Shown piece by piece: positions 12,738 to 26,300 of a DNA stretch of 64,000 bases (positions are counted from its first letter, which is position 1; each line of letters opens with the position of its first letter). This stretch comes from Thalia democratica (lineage: Eukaryota), in NCBI GenBank assembly GCA_965202585.1, contig OZ241832.1:59768001-59832000 (forward strand). Reading direction: 5' to 3'. A program made the translations under genes and the position numbers. A model generated the notes under the pieces. That model was not told the DNA's origin, ran no database searches, and worked only from the letters and a program-made list of their open reading frames with translations.

Positions 12738-15700
12738 GAAAAAATTATTTAGCAACCATATCTGTCATTTTAATAAATAACAATAAACTTTTAAAATAAT
12801 TGTTGAATTATAGGTAAGTTTTAAAAGTATTCAAAAAAATATGTTTAATAACTAAGTTTCTTAATTTGTTTATTAAATTTACTTCTAAGACTAAAATAAA
12901 ACATAACTATCCTTAAGAGTATTTGATATATTATAAAAAAACAAGAGAACATTTGTAAGAATTTACCGTATTTTCATAGTTATCTGAAATTAGTTGATGT
13001 CGCTGAAATATTTTTTGTAAAGGAACTTATACTTTAAATTTTCCTTTATACACAAATAAAAAGACCATTTCAGTTTGTAAAATTTTACTATAAACATAAT
13101 CAGTATAGTTATATCGAGATTAATATATTTAAAGTGTTTTAATTACGATAAAACGTAGCTACATAATGAAATTTGTTTTTAGATCCAAATAGTAAGTTTA
13201 ATTAAGTAGTATAAAGTAGCTTCAATTAGCAATTAGTTAAGTTTATATAAAAGTTTTAGTTTTGTTTTGAGTTTTTAAACATTCGCTTATATTGTGTTAC
13301 TTGTTTAACGACAAAAAAAATCACTGAAAATATTTGGTCCTCGGACCAGGTGCACGAAGAACCTTTCGGTTTTCGAGTGGCATACCACGGATACCTTTCA
13401 AAGTCTAGTCCAAGACCAAATTAATAGACAGTATATAAACTTTAGTCATAGATTCGACTGAAATTTTTAACTTGAGTATAACTAGTTACTCCAATTAGCA
13501 GTTGAGTTGATTTAATTATTTAGTTATAGTTTCAAAAAAATTCTGAGAAGTGTTTTTATTAACTAGTTAAATTTAATTATATATAAGACTAGAAACTTGA
13601 GCTTAATTAGCTTTATTTTAAATATATTTTTGAATTAAGTATCTATGAACCTTGCTTTTTGGAAAATAATAGATTATTTGTTAAAATTAATCTGATATAC
13701 ACTTATTTTAGTGGTTTTATCATAATAGTTTTTAAAATTTTCCTTTTTCTAAATATATGATTATACAAATTTCTGAACTACAGTTGCAAAAAAGTAATAA
13801 AACTTTACTCGTCTTATCTTATAAAGTATTTTCCTCAAAATTATTTTTAATAATTCCTTGTCTATGTCAGAACAAAATACATTGTTTCTCACCTAATCAT
13901 TTTTTATAAGTTTATATCTATACTAGAATTAAATTAATTACCATAAAGTCAAGAGATAAGCTTGAAAACTAGAAAAGAAAACATATTTAACTGACTAGAA
14001 AAAGTAATAAAAACCAATATAAATTCTTGCCATAACTTCTATTGTAAAAAATAAGTTATGCATAATAGTTTAAAATGTTATTACACGTATTTTGAGTATT
14101 ACGCAAATAATTTTTGAATGAACTCGAACTTCATCTTACTAAAAATAACCTTACTTAAAAAAACTTTACTTGAATAGTAGATTAACCTTTTTATTTTCAA
14201 AGTCTTACAATAAATTTAGTCCTTAACTCAGTTCTTAATATATTTCAAAATAGAGTTCAAAAAAAGTATAAGTTTGACCAAGTTTTTGTGTAGTTTTTCC
14301 TTGCAAAGATATTTTTATAGTCGATAAAGTTTAATAAAGTATCAAACATTTTCAAAAATGGTTAAACAAAGAAAGTTCTTGAAAAATTTATTTATAAACA
14401 AATATAAACAAAGTTATGATTAAAGTCTAAAGAAATATTTTCCTATAGTTGTTTATACTTACTTCTAAATGTTTAAAAGTATTAAGTTTACTTTGAACTA
14501 ACTAAAAGTAATAAGTTACATTAAACCATATGAACTTTAACAAAGTATAGTCTATTATTGACTAAATTTATGAAAAACCAAATTACTAACAATTTTTGTT
14601 TCCAAAATTTTCACAAACATATTTCCTAAGTTCTATAAAGTTGCTAATAATTCTTAAAACGTCTAAACTTTTAATTTAACTTTTATCAACTGCAAAAACA
14701 ATAACCTTTTCAATGAAAAACAAAATTGTCCAAATTATTCAATTTAACTTTTTTATGACGTAGTTTACTTTGAGTTCAAAAACTTTGGCTCAGTTTATTT
14801 CAAAAAATTGTTTATATACATCCGAAAAAGAAAAACAGTTTTACTGTTCCTCTTGAGTTTTAAGTAAGCAAAAGAAAATTACTTGTTATTTTAACTTTGA
14901 ACTTGGGAGTTTTAAAGTTAAAATAAACATATTTATTGTTATCTATGTGTCGCAAAGTTGTCTCTGAAATTTGAATGACGTTTTCAAATGTACGTTTTTG
15001 CTTAAAACGACAACAGGTAGCATAAATGCTACTACTAACAAATTAAGATGCTTTTTTTTTAAAAACTTTAGATTGAATCAAAGGTTCATAAAGAAAACTC
15101 CAAACCTAACATAGAGTAAAACGTGATTCAAAAAAATATTTTTTTATAAACTTTAAATAACTAAAACCGGATTTTAACGAATTATTTTCAACTTAAACAA
15201 AACTTAAAGTTTTCAATTTCTGACAAATTTATCTACCTCATAGATAACGTACAAAAACTATAATAAAAATATTGTTATGCTAAATAATAACAGAGCAACT
15301 TTAAAAGTGACTTACTTTTTTGGATTTTTCATTTTTACAGCAGAAATAACATTGAAAAAATTCGCTCAAATAGTGGTAAAACGTTTGACTTACAGTTTCC
15401 ATTATAAAATACAAATTAAACTTGTTTATTTCAGACATAAAAGACATAAAAACGATAAAAACGGACAAAAGTTAATAATTTAATGTTTAATTCGCTCGAA
15501 AATTTCCATATCATGACGTTTTCCTTAGTAACTGTATTTAAAGTTGCATATTTTCAATATTTTAATTGGTCTTCAATATATTTAAACTATTATTTACGTT
15601 TTAAAGTTTAAAGGTTTGCGCTTTCAAGTTTAAATCATGTAAAACTGGTTAAATAAACATTTTACAGTCAAGTAGATAAGATTGATCACGAAAGAGTTTA

Positions 15701-16254
15701 AAATAATGTTTTCATTGACAGTTTAATAGTTGTTCTTTTAAAATCTAATAAGTATTTAAAATATGTATTTTTAGCTAGCAAAATCCACTTGAGTTTTAAA
15801 ATGGTTGTATAACCCTATTTGTGAATATATTATAAGTATTTATAAGTAGTTCAAATGTTTTAATTTGTTCTAAATTTAGCATTATTATTTTAGCTATAGT
15901 TAAGGCTATCTTATGCTATTATTTTACACATTTTTCCAGCTCAGTGTGTGTTTTTAGTTTTTTTAGCTTAACATATTAATTATCTCTTTTGTCTCGTTAA
16001 ACTTACGTTCCATGATTTATAAAAAAAATATTAAGAGCTTTTGTATTAGCTTTACAAATTAAAAAATACTTTCCGTTTTGAAAACGATTTCAAGCTTTGA
16101 ACTAAAATATCGTAAAACAAAAGATAAATTAGAAAAAGTTTAAAAAATTAAAACATAAGACAACAGCTTTATGATTTTGTCTAATAAATAATAAACTTTC
16201 AAAACTTTGATTAGTAAAACAGTAGTTTAAATTGCTTTAAATTATGAAAAACAT

Positions 16255-16400
16255 CAGTTAGTAAAAATTGATATAATTTCTTTGGTGTATAGTTTTATCA
16301 AATAAAAATCATCAATTATTAAAAACTGATATTATTTATTTGGTGTATAGTTTTATCAAACTAAAATCATAAACTGTTAAAAAATGATTATTTTATAGTT
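16255..16400. repeat. About 61-bp tandem repeat, about 2.5 copies
   Basis: Repeated aaaa(t/c)tgatat..ttt.tttggtgtatagttttatcaaa..aaaatcat. Confidence 0.7.
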
Positions 16401-17043
16401 TTAACTTAGTCATTTAGCAATTTAATGGGCGTAGTTTTACGCTAAAGATGTCTTAAAATTAAAGTTCTTATCAGTCAACTTATGACTCCCTTATTCTAAT
16501 GATAAGCGTTATGATAAAAGCTTTCAACTTTAAATTGTATCTTAGTTATGTATAAAACATAACTTTTATACTAAACTAAACTTAAATGCTTAGAAGATTA
16601 CAACTTTCAACTTTTTCTAATTTTAATTTTTAAAGTTTTACTTCACTTGATCTTTATTATTTCAAAAACCAAGCTGTAAATTTATTTTAGAATATGTACC
16701 CGCGATATGTTTTTTTTTTCCTTTGGACATGTCATGTTTTATAAAACTTCTGTAGTAAATATTTTTTAATACAAATGATGTTAATGTTTGTGTAATGCAC
16801 TGCCTTGATATAAGTATAGTATTTCAACCTTAATTTTTCTCTTTTTGATATAAAATTATAAAAATATTAAGTATTGTACATGCAGAATACATTTTATTAT
16901 GACCAGTGCTTAAAATTTCATCTCTAATTAAACTCGAGAATCAAAATTTTAACTATAATATTGCATACTTACAAAGATATTTTTTGAACTGGGCATTATA
17001 AGTCAAGCTTAGTTGAATATTTATTTTAAAAAAAAACATGTGT

Positions 17044-20000
17044 TTACATACAAACCTGCAGTATTCTTTCTTTGAACAGGGCATTATAAGTCATATCCAA
17101 TTCAACAGGTCTGCACGAATGTTTGTCGTACATCTGACATTTCCTAAAAGGAGGAGAGTAGATGTGGAGGGATACAGCCGAGTTTGAGCAAGATTCGTTT
17201 GCAATTCTATGGAGGCCAAAAGAGTCTGGAAAGTTAATGAACGTCAAAAAACAATGACTCATACAAATTGAATACGCTACATATTTAGTGGACTAATGAT
17301 AAAGTTTAAAATAAATGTATTTTACTAATTTAATCAGCGCAGTTCGAACATGATTCGTTTGCAATTCGGTGGAGGCCGAATGAGTCTGAATAATAAAAAT
17401 GTAAATATAAACAGTACTAATTGTTATTCAATCAGCGGAGTTTAAATAAAATTCGTTTGATATACAGTGCGGCCGAATGAATTTGGAAAACTAGTAATAT
17501 AGAACCGTATAAACTCAAAAAAACATAAACCCCATAGTTAATAAAATACAATACTAAGCTTTACATCAAAAAAAGGGAAAAAGTACATACTATAAAAAAT
17601 AATACAAAATTAGAAATTTTGAGAACTGTTTTATATTTTATAAAAGCTATCTAAACGGTAATATTTTTTTTAGTAAATATTATCTAACTTTTAAATTTTA
17701 AGATTAAACACTAAAACTGTAAACGGTCAATTAAGATCAAATTCTTATCAAATATTATCATATAACTTTCTTTCAAAAGAAATGTGTTTTGTAGTGTTGT
17801 TTAGCCTTGTGAGTTATATTAAATTGGAAGTCAAATCGTTTGCTTATATTCTAAAAGAATTGTATTCATTACAATTCTTATATTCTAAAATAATTATGCA
17901 AATAATTTGAATTTTATATCATTTGAAAAAACATTTTTGCTTTAATATGTAATTTCATATTTTGCTAATTACTGTAAGATTTTTATTTATTTCAGTTTTC
18001 ACATAGATATATATTTTAAATAAATTGTATGACAAAATACAAGTCTAATTAAAACTGTTATTTTAATTTACTTAGTTTTAATTGTTGTGCACTTTAGTTT
18101 TCTAGACAAAAGTTTAAATTAGAAAATAAGCAACTCTTACACTACAATTTTAAATACAAAAACTTATTGTTTTATAATTAATCTTTCAACTATTTAAAAA
18201 ACTAATACGTGACCTTGCATGTTATATAACTCTTAAAATTTATTATCTTTTTTATATTTTAAATTATCAATTTTTGTGGTAAAAACTGGTAAAAAATTTT
18301 AAATTACATAACATCTACCACAAGTTAATTTAACCGCAATACGATTTGGATACTTTTAAAAATGTTATAATATCCAAAGTTTTTTTTTATATTTTTTATA
18401 GGACTCTTCGCTTGGGTAGATTAGTTTAAATAGAATGAAAATTACCCAGTGAACTTGTAACAACCCATTTATTTAAGTTGTAGTGTTTGTTGGAATAGTA
18501 AGTGAAATTTTAATTTACTTTGCTTATTACTAATCATTAGTTCATGAAACTGTATCGGTGTGAAACGTATCAAACGTTAAAAAATAATAATAACATACAA
18601 ACACTTAATTTAAAAAACAGTATTGCGCTACAGATCATAATACTCATTTGTGGAAATTTATTCTATTACAAACCACTAATATATAAAACAGTATTGTTCT
18701 AAAAAATATCTTTTAGTATTTAATTAACTTAACCAAATACAAAAAAACTAACTTAAGAATTATTATTTATCTAAAAAGTTAGTAAAATTTAACAAATAAA
18801 AGCTATTATTATCAAAAACAGTATTGGTCTGTAATGTGTAAGTTCTTTTTAATAAGTTATCAAAGTAGCAAACCATTAATATAAGACATAGTACTAGTTT
18901 AAATAAAATAGTTAATATAAATACATACCATTAATATAAGATACAGTATTGGTCTAAAATAAAAGAAAAATAAGTTTTTACAAACCATTAATATAAGACA
19001 CAGTATTGGTCTGCAATGTGTAAATTCTTTTGGTTTCCAGTTTCCAGGAATCCCTGTTGATGTCGAACAACGTCTCAGTCAGTTCTCCATCCAACATTTT
19101 CATAAAACAGTGAGATTTCGAATGATCGTGGATTGAACTGGATAAATACTTTTTATTCTTATAGTGTTTGTTGTAAGTAATTTGAAAATAAGCATGTTTT
19201 AATAATTAAAATTTTTTTTTTGTCTTGAAAACATATTTATTGAAAAAATAATTAAGTAAATGTTTTTGTATAAAATAGGATTTAACTATGCTAAAAATAT
19301 AAATGATTACACTAACATAGCTTATAAAAGTTTTTAAAGTGCAAGCTCGGTTGTTTTTTACTTGAAAACGTGTTTCGTGATTTCTAAAGTTTGTATTTTT
19401 ATTTTATAACCTTATTTAATTATTATTCCAACATTTAAGGGCAATATTAAGTTTACTAACTTCGTGCAATTATATTTTTTATAATATTGTTTTTAGTTTT
19501 ATTTAATTTAACACAAACCTTGATTGATTCTTGTTCCAACAACTAAGTACATTATTAAATTTATATTTAAATATTTTGTTAAATTATATATTTTTAAGTA
19601 CTTATTCAGTTATATTTTCTAAAACCAACCTCGATTGATTCTTATTCCAGCAAGTAAGTACAATGTTGAATTTTCCATCACCTTCCCAAATCAGGTTTCT
19701 TGTGTATCTGTTGTTGAAATATGTTGTCAATAAAACTCAAATTACTTGTATATTCACATGCTAAAGCTATAAAATTTAAAATTTAAACACATAGAGTTTA
19801 ATATAGTGCTGTAATCTAAATTAAATGATTTAGATATATTGTTTATAAAACCTACTATTTGCTGAGATTTAAATATGAAAAAACTATTGACACTTCAGCT
19901 ATCAAATAACTTTTAGTGTTTGTAATTTTCTATTGCCAGCTAACATTATAAATTAGTAGTGGCACTTATAAGAACTTTTTCAGTTAAAATTAAAAACATT

Positions 20001-23000
20001 GCACAGTTTAGATTTAAGATAAGTTTGATTATCTTACGCGTTGCTTACATCAAATTTGGTTCAAAATAATATTTGGTACAACAAAAATATCTACACTGTA
20101 ATGTATATAAATGTTAAATCAAAACGCAAACTTATACAAAATGTTTATTCAAAATGTCATGATTTCTATTATTGATTGACCTTTTTGCATGCTAAGAAAT
20201 CTATGTTGCCTTGAATTAGTTGTCACGTTTTATAATAATAAAAAAATAAACATACACATATATTGTTTGATTTTTCAAAAATTAAGTTTTAGAACTACTT
20301 TTTCAATTTTTCTAACAACACTAAATGTTTTTTTGTGCTTTTTACTGTTAAGTAAACCTTTGAAAAAATGATTTTTTATTTTGTTTTATAAAATTTAAAT
20401 CTACTTTTAATTGATCATTCAGTTAGTTTATATCTTAAAATTAAGCTCATACCTGTTTATTGACTATTGCGTTTGTATAACCTTGTGTTTTATATTGACC
20501 AATGCAACTTATTGATTGGTTTATAACTAAAAGTTGGAAACGCTTATGTTAATTTAAAGTACAGTTGACTATAGTTTAAAACTTCTTTTGTATAACAGTT
20601 ATAAGTAAATGACAAAACGATTGGTCATGAAAAATTGGAAACGATACAATATGTTAAATAGCAAACGTCATAGCTATAGGTTAAACCTTCGTTTTATTAA
20701 AAAGTATAAATAACCAATAAGACTAGTTTATTGTTTTATAAGTCAAATTGGAAAGTTGACAAAGGTTTGTTGTAGTTGGATCAATTATAAATTTATAAAT
20801 TTTATTTTTATTATGAATGTTATAAACTTTTTGTCACGATTCACAATATTCTCGTGACATATGTACATATGGTTTTGAAATTTTTTGTTTTGAGTTAAAT
20901 TTTACAGGCGATATATTTGAGACAGCTTTTTGTAAAATGCTGGTATAAAAGTTAAAACTATTTATTACTTGAGATTGTTTTCTATTTTGGCTTACATACA
21001 AACTTTTTCAATTGGAGTATATTAAGACAAAAGCCGTAGGTTTTTTAATATTACGCTTAAAAACAACTGATTTATTAAGCTGTAATTTATATTAAGTATA
21101 TATAGTGTCTGCTAACTTTTTTAACACTATAACAGCTTAAGAAATACTAAATAAAATTTTATCAAACTAGAGTTCAAATGTCACGTCTTTATGATAACTT
21201 ATTTAAGATATATTTTACATTTGAATTATTCTCAGGTAAAGTTAGAAAGAAAATCTTTTACTACTAATCATAATTACTATCCACAAAAACTTTTTAAAAG
21301 TTCAAAATTAAGACATACATTATAAATTTCTAATTTTTTTGAATAAAAACAAAATTCAAGTTTTAATTAAAAGTTATTATTCGAATATACTTAAGTTTTT
21401 GTTTAATGCATAAGCTAATAACTGTACCATATTTAAACTGTCTAAAGATTAACTTCTGCAAAAACGCATGTTTTCAAATAAACAACAGATTAACTTTATG
21501 GTAATGCATGCCAAATCCTAGCTAAGAAGCGTAATTAGTTTTACTATACGACTAATTACTTGTTTTCTACAAATTGGAAACAATATAAAAAGTAAATTAA
21601 CTAATTTTCAATCTCTTTTTGAATTAATATGTTTTTTTTCGGGACTTTGTTTTAATTTTGAAACTTTTTATTAAAAATAACTGAACTATTTTAAATACTA
21701 TTTAAGTTTAAAAAACAAATAAAATAAATTTATTTGAATTTTTTATACATTATGTATCTTTATACAAAGTTTGTAAATATGTTTTATCATAGCTACCGAT
21801 GATTTAATGCAAATTAGATTAAGTACATGCTAATATCATAAAGTGTCAACGTAATTAACGCTACTTATACATAGCTAATAAAATAATTTTAAATAGAAAT
21901 AAGTATTAAAAATTTAAAGAGTTCAAACTTTTGGTCAAATGGCTCGACTATGCCTTTACTTTTTTCAATGAATTTTTTTAACAAATTTTATTAAAAACTT
22001 AATAATATTAAACTAAAAAACTTTCTTACAATAAATCATATAAAACAGTTAATTGAGCAGAAAACATATTTTTTTTAGAACTTTTTAAAATATAAACACA
22101 AACAGCTTACTTTATATCATTTGTTTATTATTTTATAATCTACTGTTAATTAAAACAAACAACTGACGTGTCATCAGCGAATGTGACGTAGTCGTTCCAA
22201 TCTTCCTTTGTGACGTCATAGGAGGCAAGGAAAGCCTTCACGAGGTTGATGTTGATGTGCGATTGGTTGAACAGTTTGTTCAATCCAGCTACTACCTGAA
22301 ATTACGATTTTATTGGTTGAAAGTTTTTGACAAAGTTTAATAAAAAATAAAATTGTAAAAGTTTTTAAAACTAATAAGATATTTTAGTATTTGATGTCTG
22401 AAAGTTGAAAATATTTGTGTTTAAGATTTGTTTAAATTTTTGCTTAGTTGGTTGGTTAACACTATTTAAAAGTTTCACATAAGACCTAACAAATTAAAAT
22501 ATCTGAACAGTCTTAAAACTAGTAGAATAATAAAATATTTTACGACAGAAATTTTTTTTGTAGAAAATAATTACATTTAAGACTTATTTAAACTTTTTTT
22601 TAACTTTTTGCAATTGGTTAAACAGTTTGTTCAATCCTGCCAGTACCTAATATTTTATTTTTTTTAATTTCAATTGATCAATGGTTAAAATGAAAAAGGT
22701 TTTAGAAGAACTTCTACTGAAAAAAATACATTTGGTACTTATTACTACCTTTAATTTTATTATAGCTGAAGCGCTTTATCAGCATGATAATTATAAAATT
22801 TACAACTTCCTTCTAATTTAACTATTATTAAAAAATGTAAATACACTGTATACTTCCTATACATTGAAAGTAATTATGTTGTAAAATCTGGTTTGTTTCA
22901 AAACTCAACGATTATAAAACTGTAGCTGTAAAACTATTTTTTTAACTTAAAAAAGTTATAACCAAGCTTAAAAGGTATAAAAATAAAAACAAAATCAGTT

Positions 23001-23321
23001 AAATATATGATAGTAGTAATGGAACTATTTCTTTAAACATTTATACTCTTTAAAATATAAAAATTAATTTGAACTTAAAATATAATTTAAATAAATTATT
23101 TAAACTTATTATGAAAATTGGTTTTACCTAAAAATAAAATTAAAGACAAGATTTTAAAACATATAATTATGATTATTATAGAAATTTATTCTAACCTCAG
23201 TAAAAGTTTCAGGTTTCCTGAACTCTCCCACGGTACCCTCAGCCAGGAATGTCACTCCTGAAATTTGTCCTGGTTGGGTTTCCAATACGTGGTTGGGTTG
23301 TTGCAGTCCGATAGTTGCCAT
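17044..23321 (-). CDS. CDO1: Cysteine dioxygenase type 1, paralogue B (5 coding exons, about 221 aa)
   Basis: Exons 23321-23196, 22295-22168, 19707-19630, 19137-18986, 17225-17044 with consistent phases. Motifs YTRN, TCW, SSIHDHSKSHCFMK, GLHRI, SLHIYSPPF. The 3' end may splice at CAG|gtttgt (17056). Confidence 0.93.
17330..17490 (-). repeat. Two intronic copies of the acceptor plus the 5' part of CDO-B exon 5
   Basis: Copy 1 (17385-17330) translates DSFGLHRIANESCSNCAD*; copy 2 (about 17485-17430) is a more decayed copy with its acceptor changed to caa. Confidence 0.9.
18610..18960 (-). repeat. Series of 4-5 decaying copies of the CDO-B exon 4 3' end and donor
   Basis: Variants of ACCAATACTGTGTCTTATATTAATG|gtttgt near 18929-18957, 18870-18897, 18815-18850 and 18671-18700, plus a trace near 18615. 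Confidence 0.9.
19513..19562 (-). repeat. Intronic copy of the CDO-B exon 3 3' end and donor
   Basis: AAATTTAATAATGTACTTAGTTGTTGGAACAAGAATCAATCAAG|gtttgt (KFNNVLSCWNKNQS) versus the real KFNIVLTCWNKNQS|gttggt. Confidence 0.9.
22611..22655 (-). repeat. Intronic copy of the CDO-B exon 2 acceptor and 5' end
   Basis: ttag|GTACTGGCAGGATTGAACAAACTGTTTAACCAATTG versus the real tcag|GTAGTAGCTGGATTGAACAAACTGTTCAACCAATCG. Confidence 0.9.
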
Positions 23322-26300
23322 GGTAGCGAAATATTGTATAAAATTAAGTAAGTCTAAAAACTTGTTATTTAATATTATTAGTATTCGTCTTTGCATGTAA
23401 ATTAATTTTGTAGTTAGTTTATTCTTAAAAGTTTACATGGCTAAGTTTTCTTTTTTAATATAGTTAATAACCAAATTTAAGTAGCTTATTTTTTTCTAAT
23501 CTCAAAATTACGCTTGAACTTCGACTATTTTATACTAGTTTTATCCAAAAATGATAATTAGAATTTTAAATTATGTTGACTATTTATCTAATGAGAGTCA
23601 TAAAAGTTATCGTAACAATTAGTTAATTTTGTTATCTAAATGAATAGTATACGCACAATTATAACTTATAAACATAGGTTTTCCTCAGAAATACATCTTT
23701 AAAAGCTTAGTTTAAAAAATAATATCCGTGGTACAAAAATCTATATTAAGTAAGTTATATCTTAACTTTTCATAACGAACAGTTTGTATGATAAAAATAT
23801 TCTTTTTTTTTTTAATAACTGCTTTTTGAAACTTTATGCAATTAAATGGCAACCCTACTTTCAAAAGTACAACTTCATTACAGCTTCTTTTCTATATATG
23901 AATTGTTCAAAAGGCTTTACAGCTTTATAATACACATTATTTATATACATATAAAACATACATATCTACATACATTATACAAAACTTTAACTTTACCTAT
24001 TTCCAACGAACAATTTGTAAAATAAAAAAAAACACCTTCTTTTGAACAACTGTTTTTAAAAAACTTAATACATTTAGATTGCAACCCTTAAGTAAAACTT
24101 AACTTCTGCTCCTATTCTATATGAATTATTAAAAAGCTTTCATAGAAGCCAAAGTGCGGTTTGGATTGAATAACGTTTTAAAGCACAAAGGCGTTACATG
24201 GGCTGGAGAAAAATAATGTACATGTGCTTAAGTACTTTTCTCAACATCGATAAATAATTTAAAAGTTTTTGCTGTTTAGACAATAAACAAAAACAACCAA
24301 GTGGGTTTTTTAAATCAAGTTCAAGTTAATATTGAGTTAATAAAGAAAATATATGTTTTTTTTTGTTTCTTAGTAAAACTTGAGTTAAACTGCACAAAAA
24401 AAGTTAAATGTTAGTTTAATAAAAAACTGTTTACTAAACTAAACAATAACGAAACGCACTAAAACAAACTTAGCATATTATCTGACTTTAAACATAGCAA
24501 TATATATCGAAAATAATAGACAAAATACAAAGTTATATCTCAAGCTAGTTAACAACTTTGCTAACTTTCGCTTTAACTTGCAATAACTACCAATCTATTC
24601 TCTCGTACTGACAAAAACTTTCTCTTTTTCCGCTCAAATTCTCTCGAATCAAAATGAATTACTTGAGATTTTTTCACCAAGCTATCAAGTCGCGTAATTA
24701 GGCAAAAAAAAGTTTGAACATTTGTAAACGGAAAATTACTCGAAATTTTTATTAAAATTTTTCTTGTATGATAAACTCAAAAACTGATAACTCATCATTT
24801 TTATCGTTCGAGATAAACGCTTTATAGATGCCCTTGGTTTTTATTTAATAAAAAATCACTTTCAAGCTTATCGATGAACTTCAACTTTTTATTTGACCTT
24901 TATTTCTATTTGATAAACAAAACAATACTTGATTAAAAATTTTAAATTAAAATTAAAACATGAGGTAGCTAATTCTACAGTAAAGTTATTTTATGATACT
25001 TTATACTTGTAATTTATCGAAATTGTAAATTAGCATTTACTTATATTTATATAACAACACTGCAGAAAACTTAAAGTTTTTAGCAAACACTTATTTTCAC
25101 TTTAATAAAGTTAAAATAATCTTAGTTCAATTTCCATTTCCGGATTCAAAGCTAAACTATAAACAAAACTAAAAAATAGCAGCAACAGTTAAGTGCTAGA
25201 ACGTTTAAAAAGTTTTTATTTTTAAAGTTTCATTTATTCTTTAATTTTAAAATTTATAAACTTAATAGCTAACTTTGTAAAAAAAATACTTTGATTTGTT
25301 TAAAACTTCACTTTTATTCTGCTTGTTTTATTCAAAACCTACTAAAAAATAGCAAATAAAAAATAAATGTTTTGATAACTTTATCACTATGGAAATATTC
25401 AAGAACACATTAAAACTGTTTAAATTTTTAGAAAGAATATATTGTTGTCTTTTGTTGTTAGATAAATAGCTCTACTTTTTAGTACAACTCCTCCTTAATA
25501 TCAACAAATAATAACTTTAGAAAGAATAAGTAATTGATATCATGCTTTTTTTTCTAACAAATTACTTAAGGTTTAATCGATAGTTTTGTGGGCTTTACAA
25601 TAGACCACATATCTTTTAAACGGATTAAATTCTTGAATGAGATTAATACCCTATAAAAAACCAAAGTGTTTATATACAAAATTAAAGTCTTGTGATGCAT
25701 TTTGGAATTTTGTTTGTGAATGAACAAACCACTTCCCTAGAATTAAAAGTGTTTGTTAATTAAATTCATCGAATTTCTTTAATTTCATGTATTTTTGTTT
25801 TAAATCAAGGAATAGACAAAAAATATTACAACAAAGCTGATGTTAGGTCATTTTATTTATGTTTAAGCAATATACAATTTATATCATGAAATCTCTAAAG
25901 ATTCTTTATATACTTTTTATGAAAAATCTAACTAACTAACTAATATCATTCTATTACCTAAAAAATCATAAAACCGTTTTATCAATACAAAACTGTTTTA
26001 TTTTAGTTTTGCATACTTTTCTGATTCTTTTGTAAAAAACATCAAGAATAAAAAGTACTTTTCTAAACATTTGAAGTAGAATTCAATTAGTAGTGTAATT
26101 AACGTTCTTAAATGCTTATAAATTTAATACTTTATTGTTGTAGAAAAAAGAAAAGGTAAGTAAACAAAAGTATAAAAAAAGTTGTTGTACTTAATAAAAG
26201 CAACAATATTCAGTAGTAAACATTTAATAAAATCATTTTTAAACACAAAACTTTTTTTTGAACATTGCGGTAATAGACATTGTTGGAAAACAATTAATTT

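Noticed and set aside
13332-13420. GC-richer patch with short inverted ends (atttggtc...gaccaaat)
   Set aside because: Could be a 5' UTR exon of CDO-A or a tiny MITE; an 8-bp match is too weak to call
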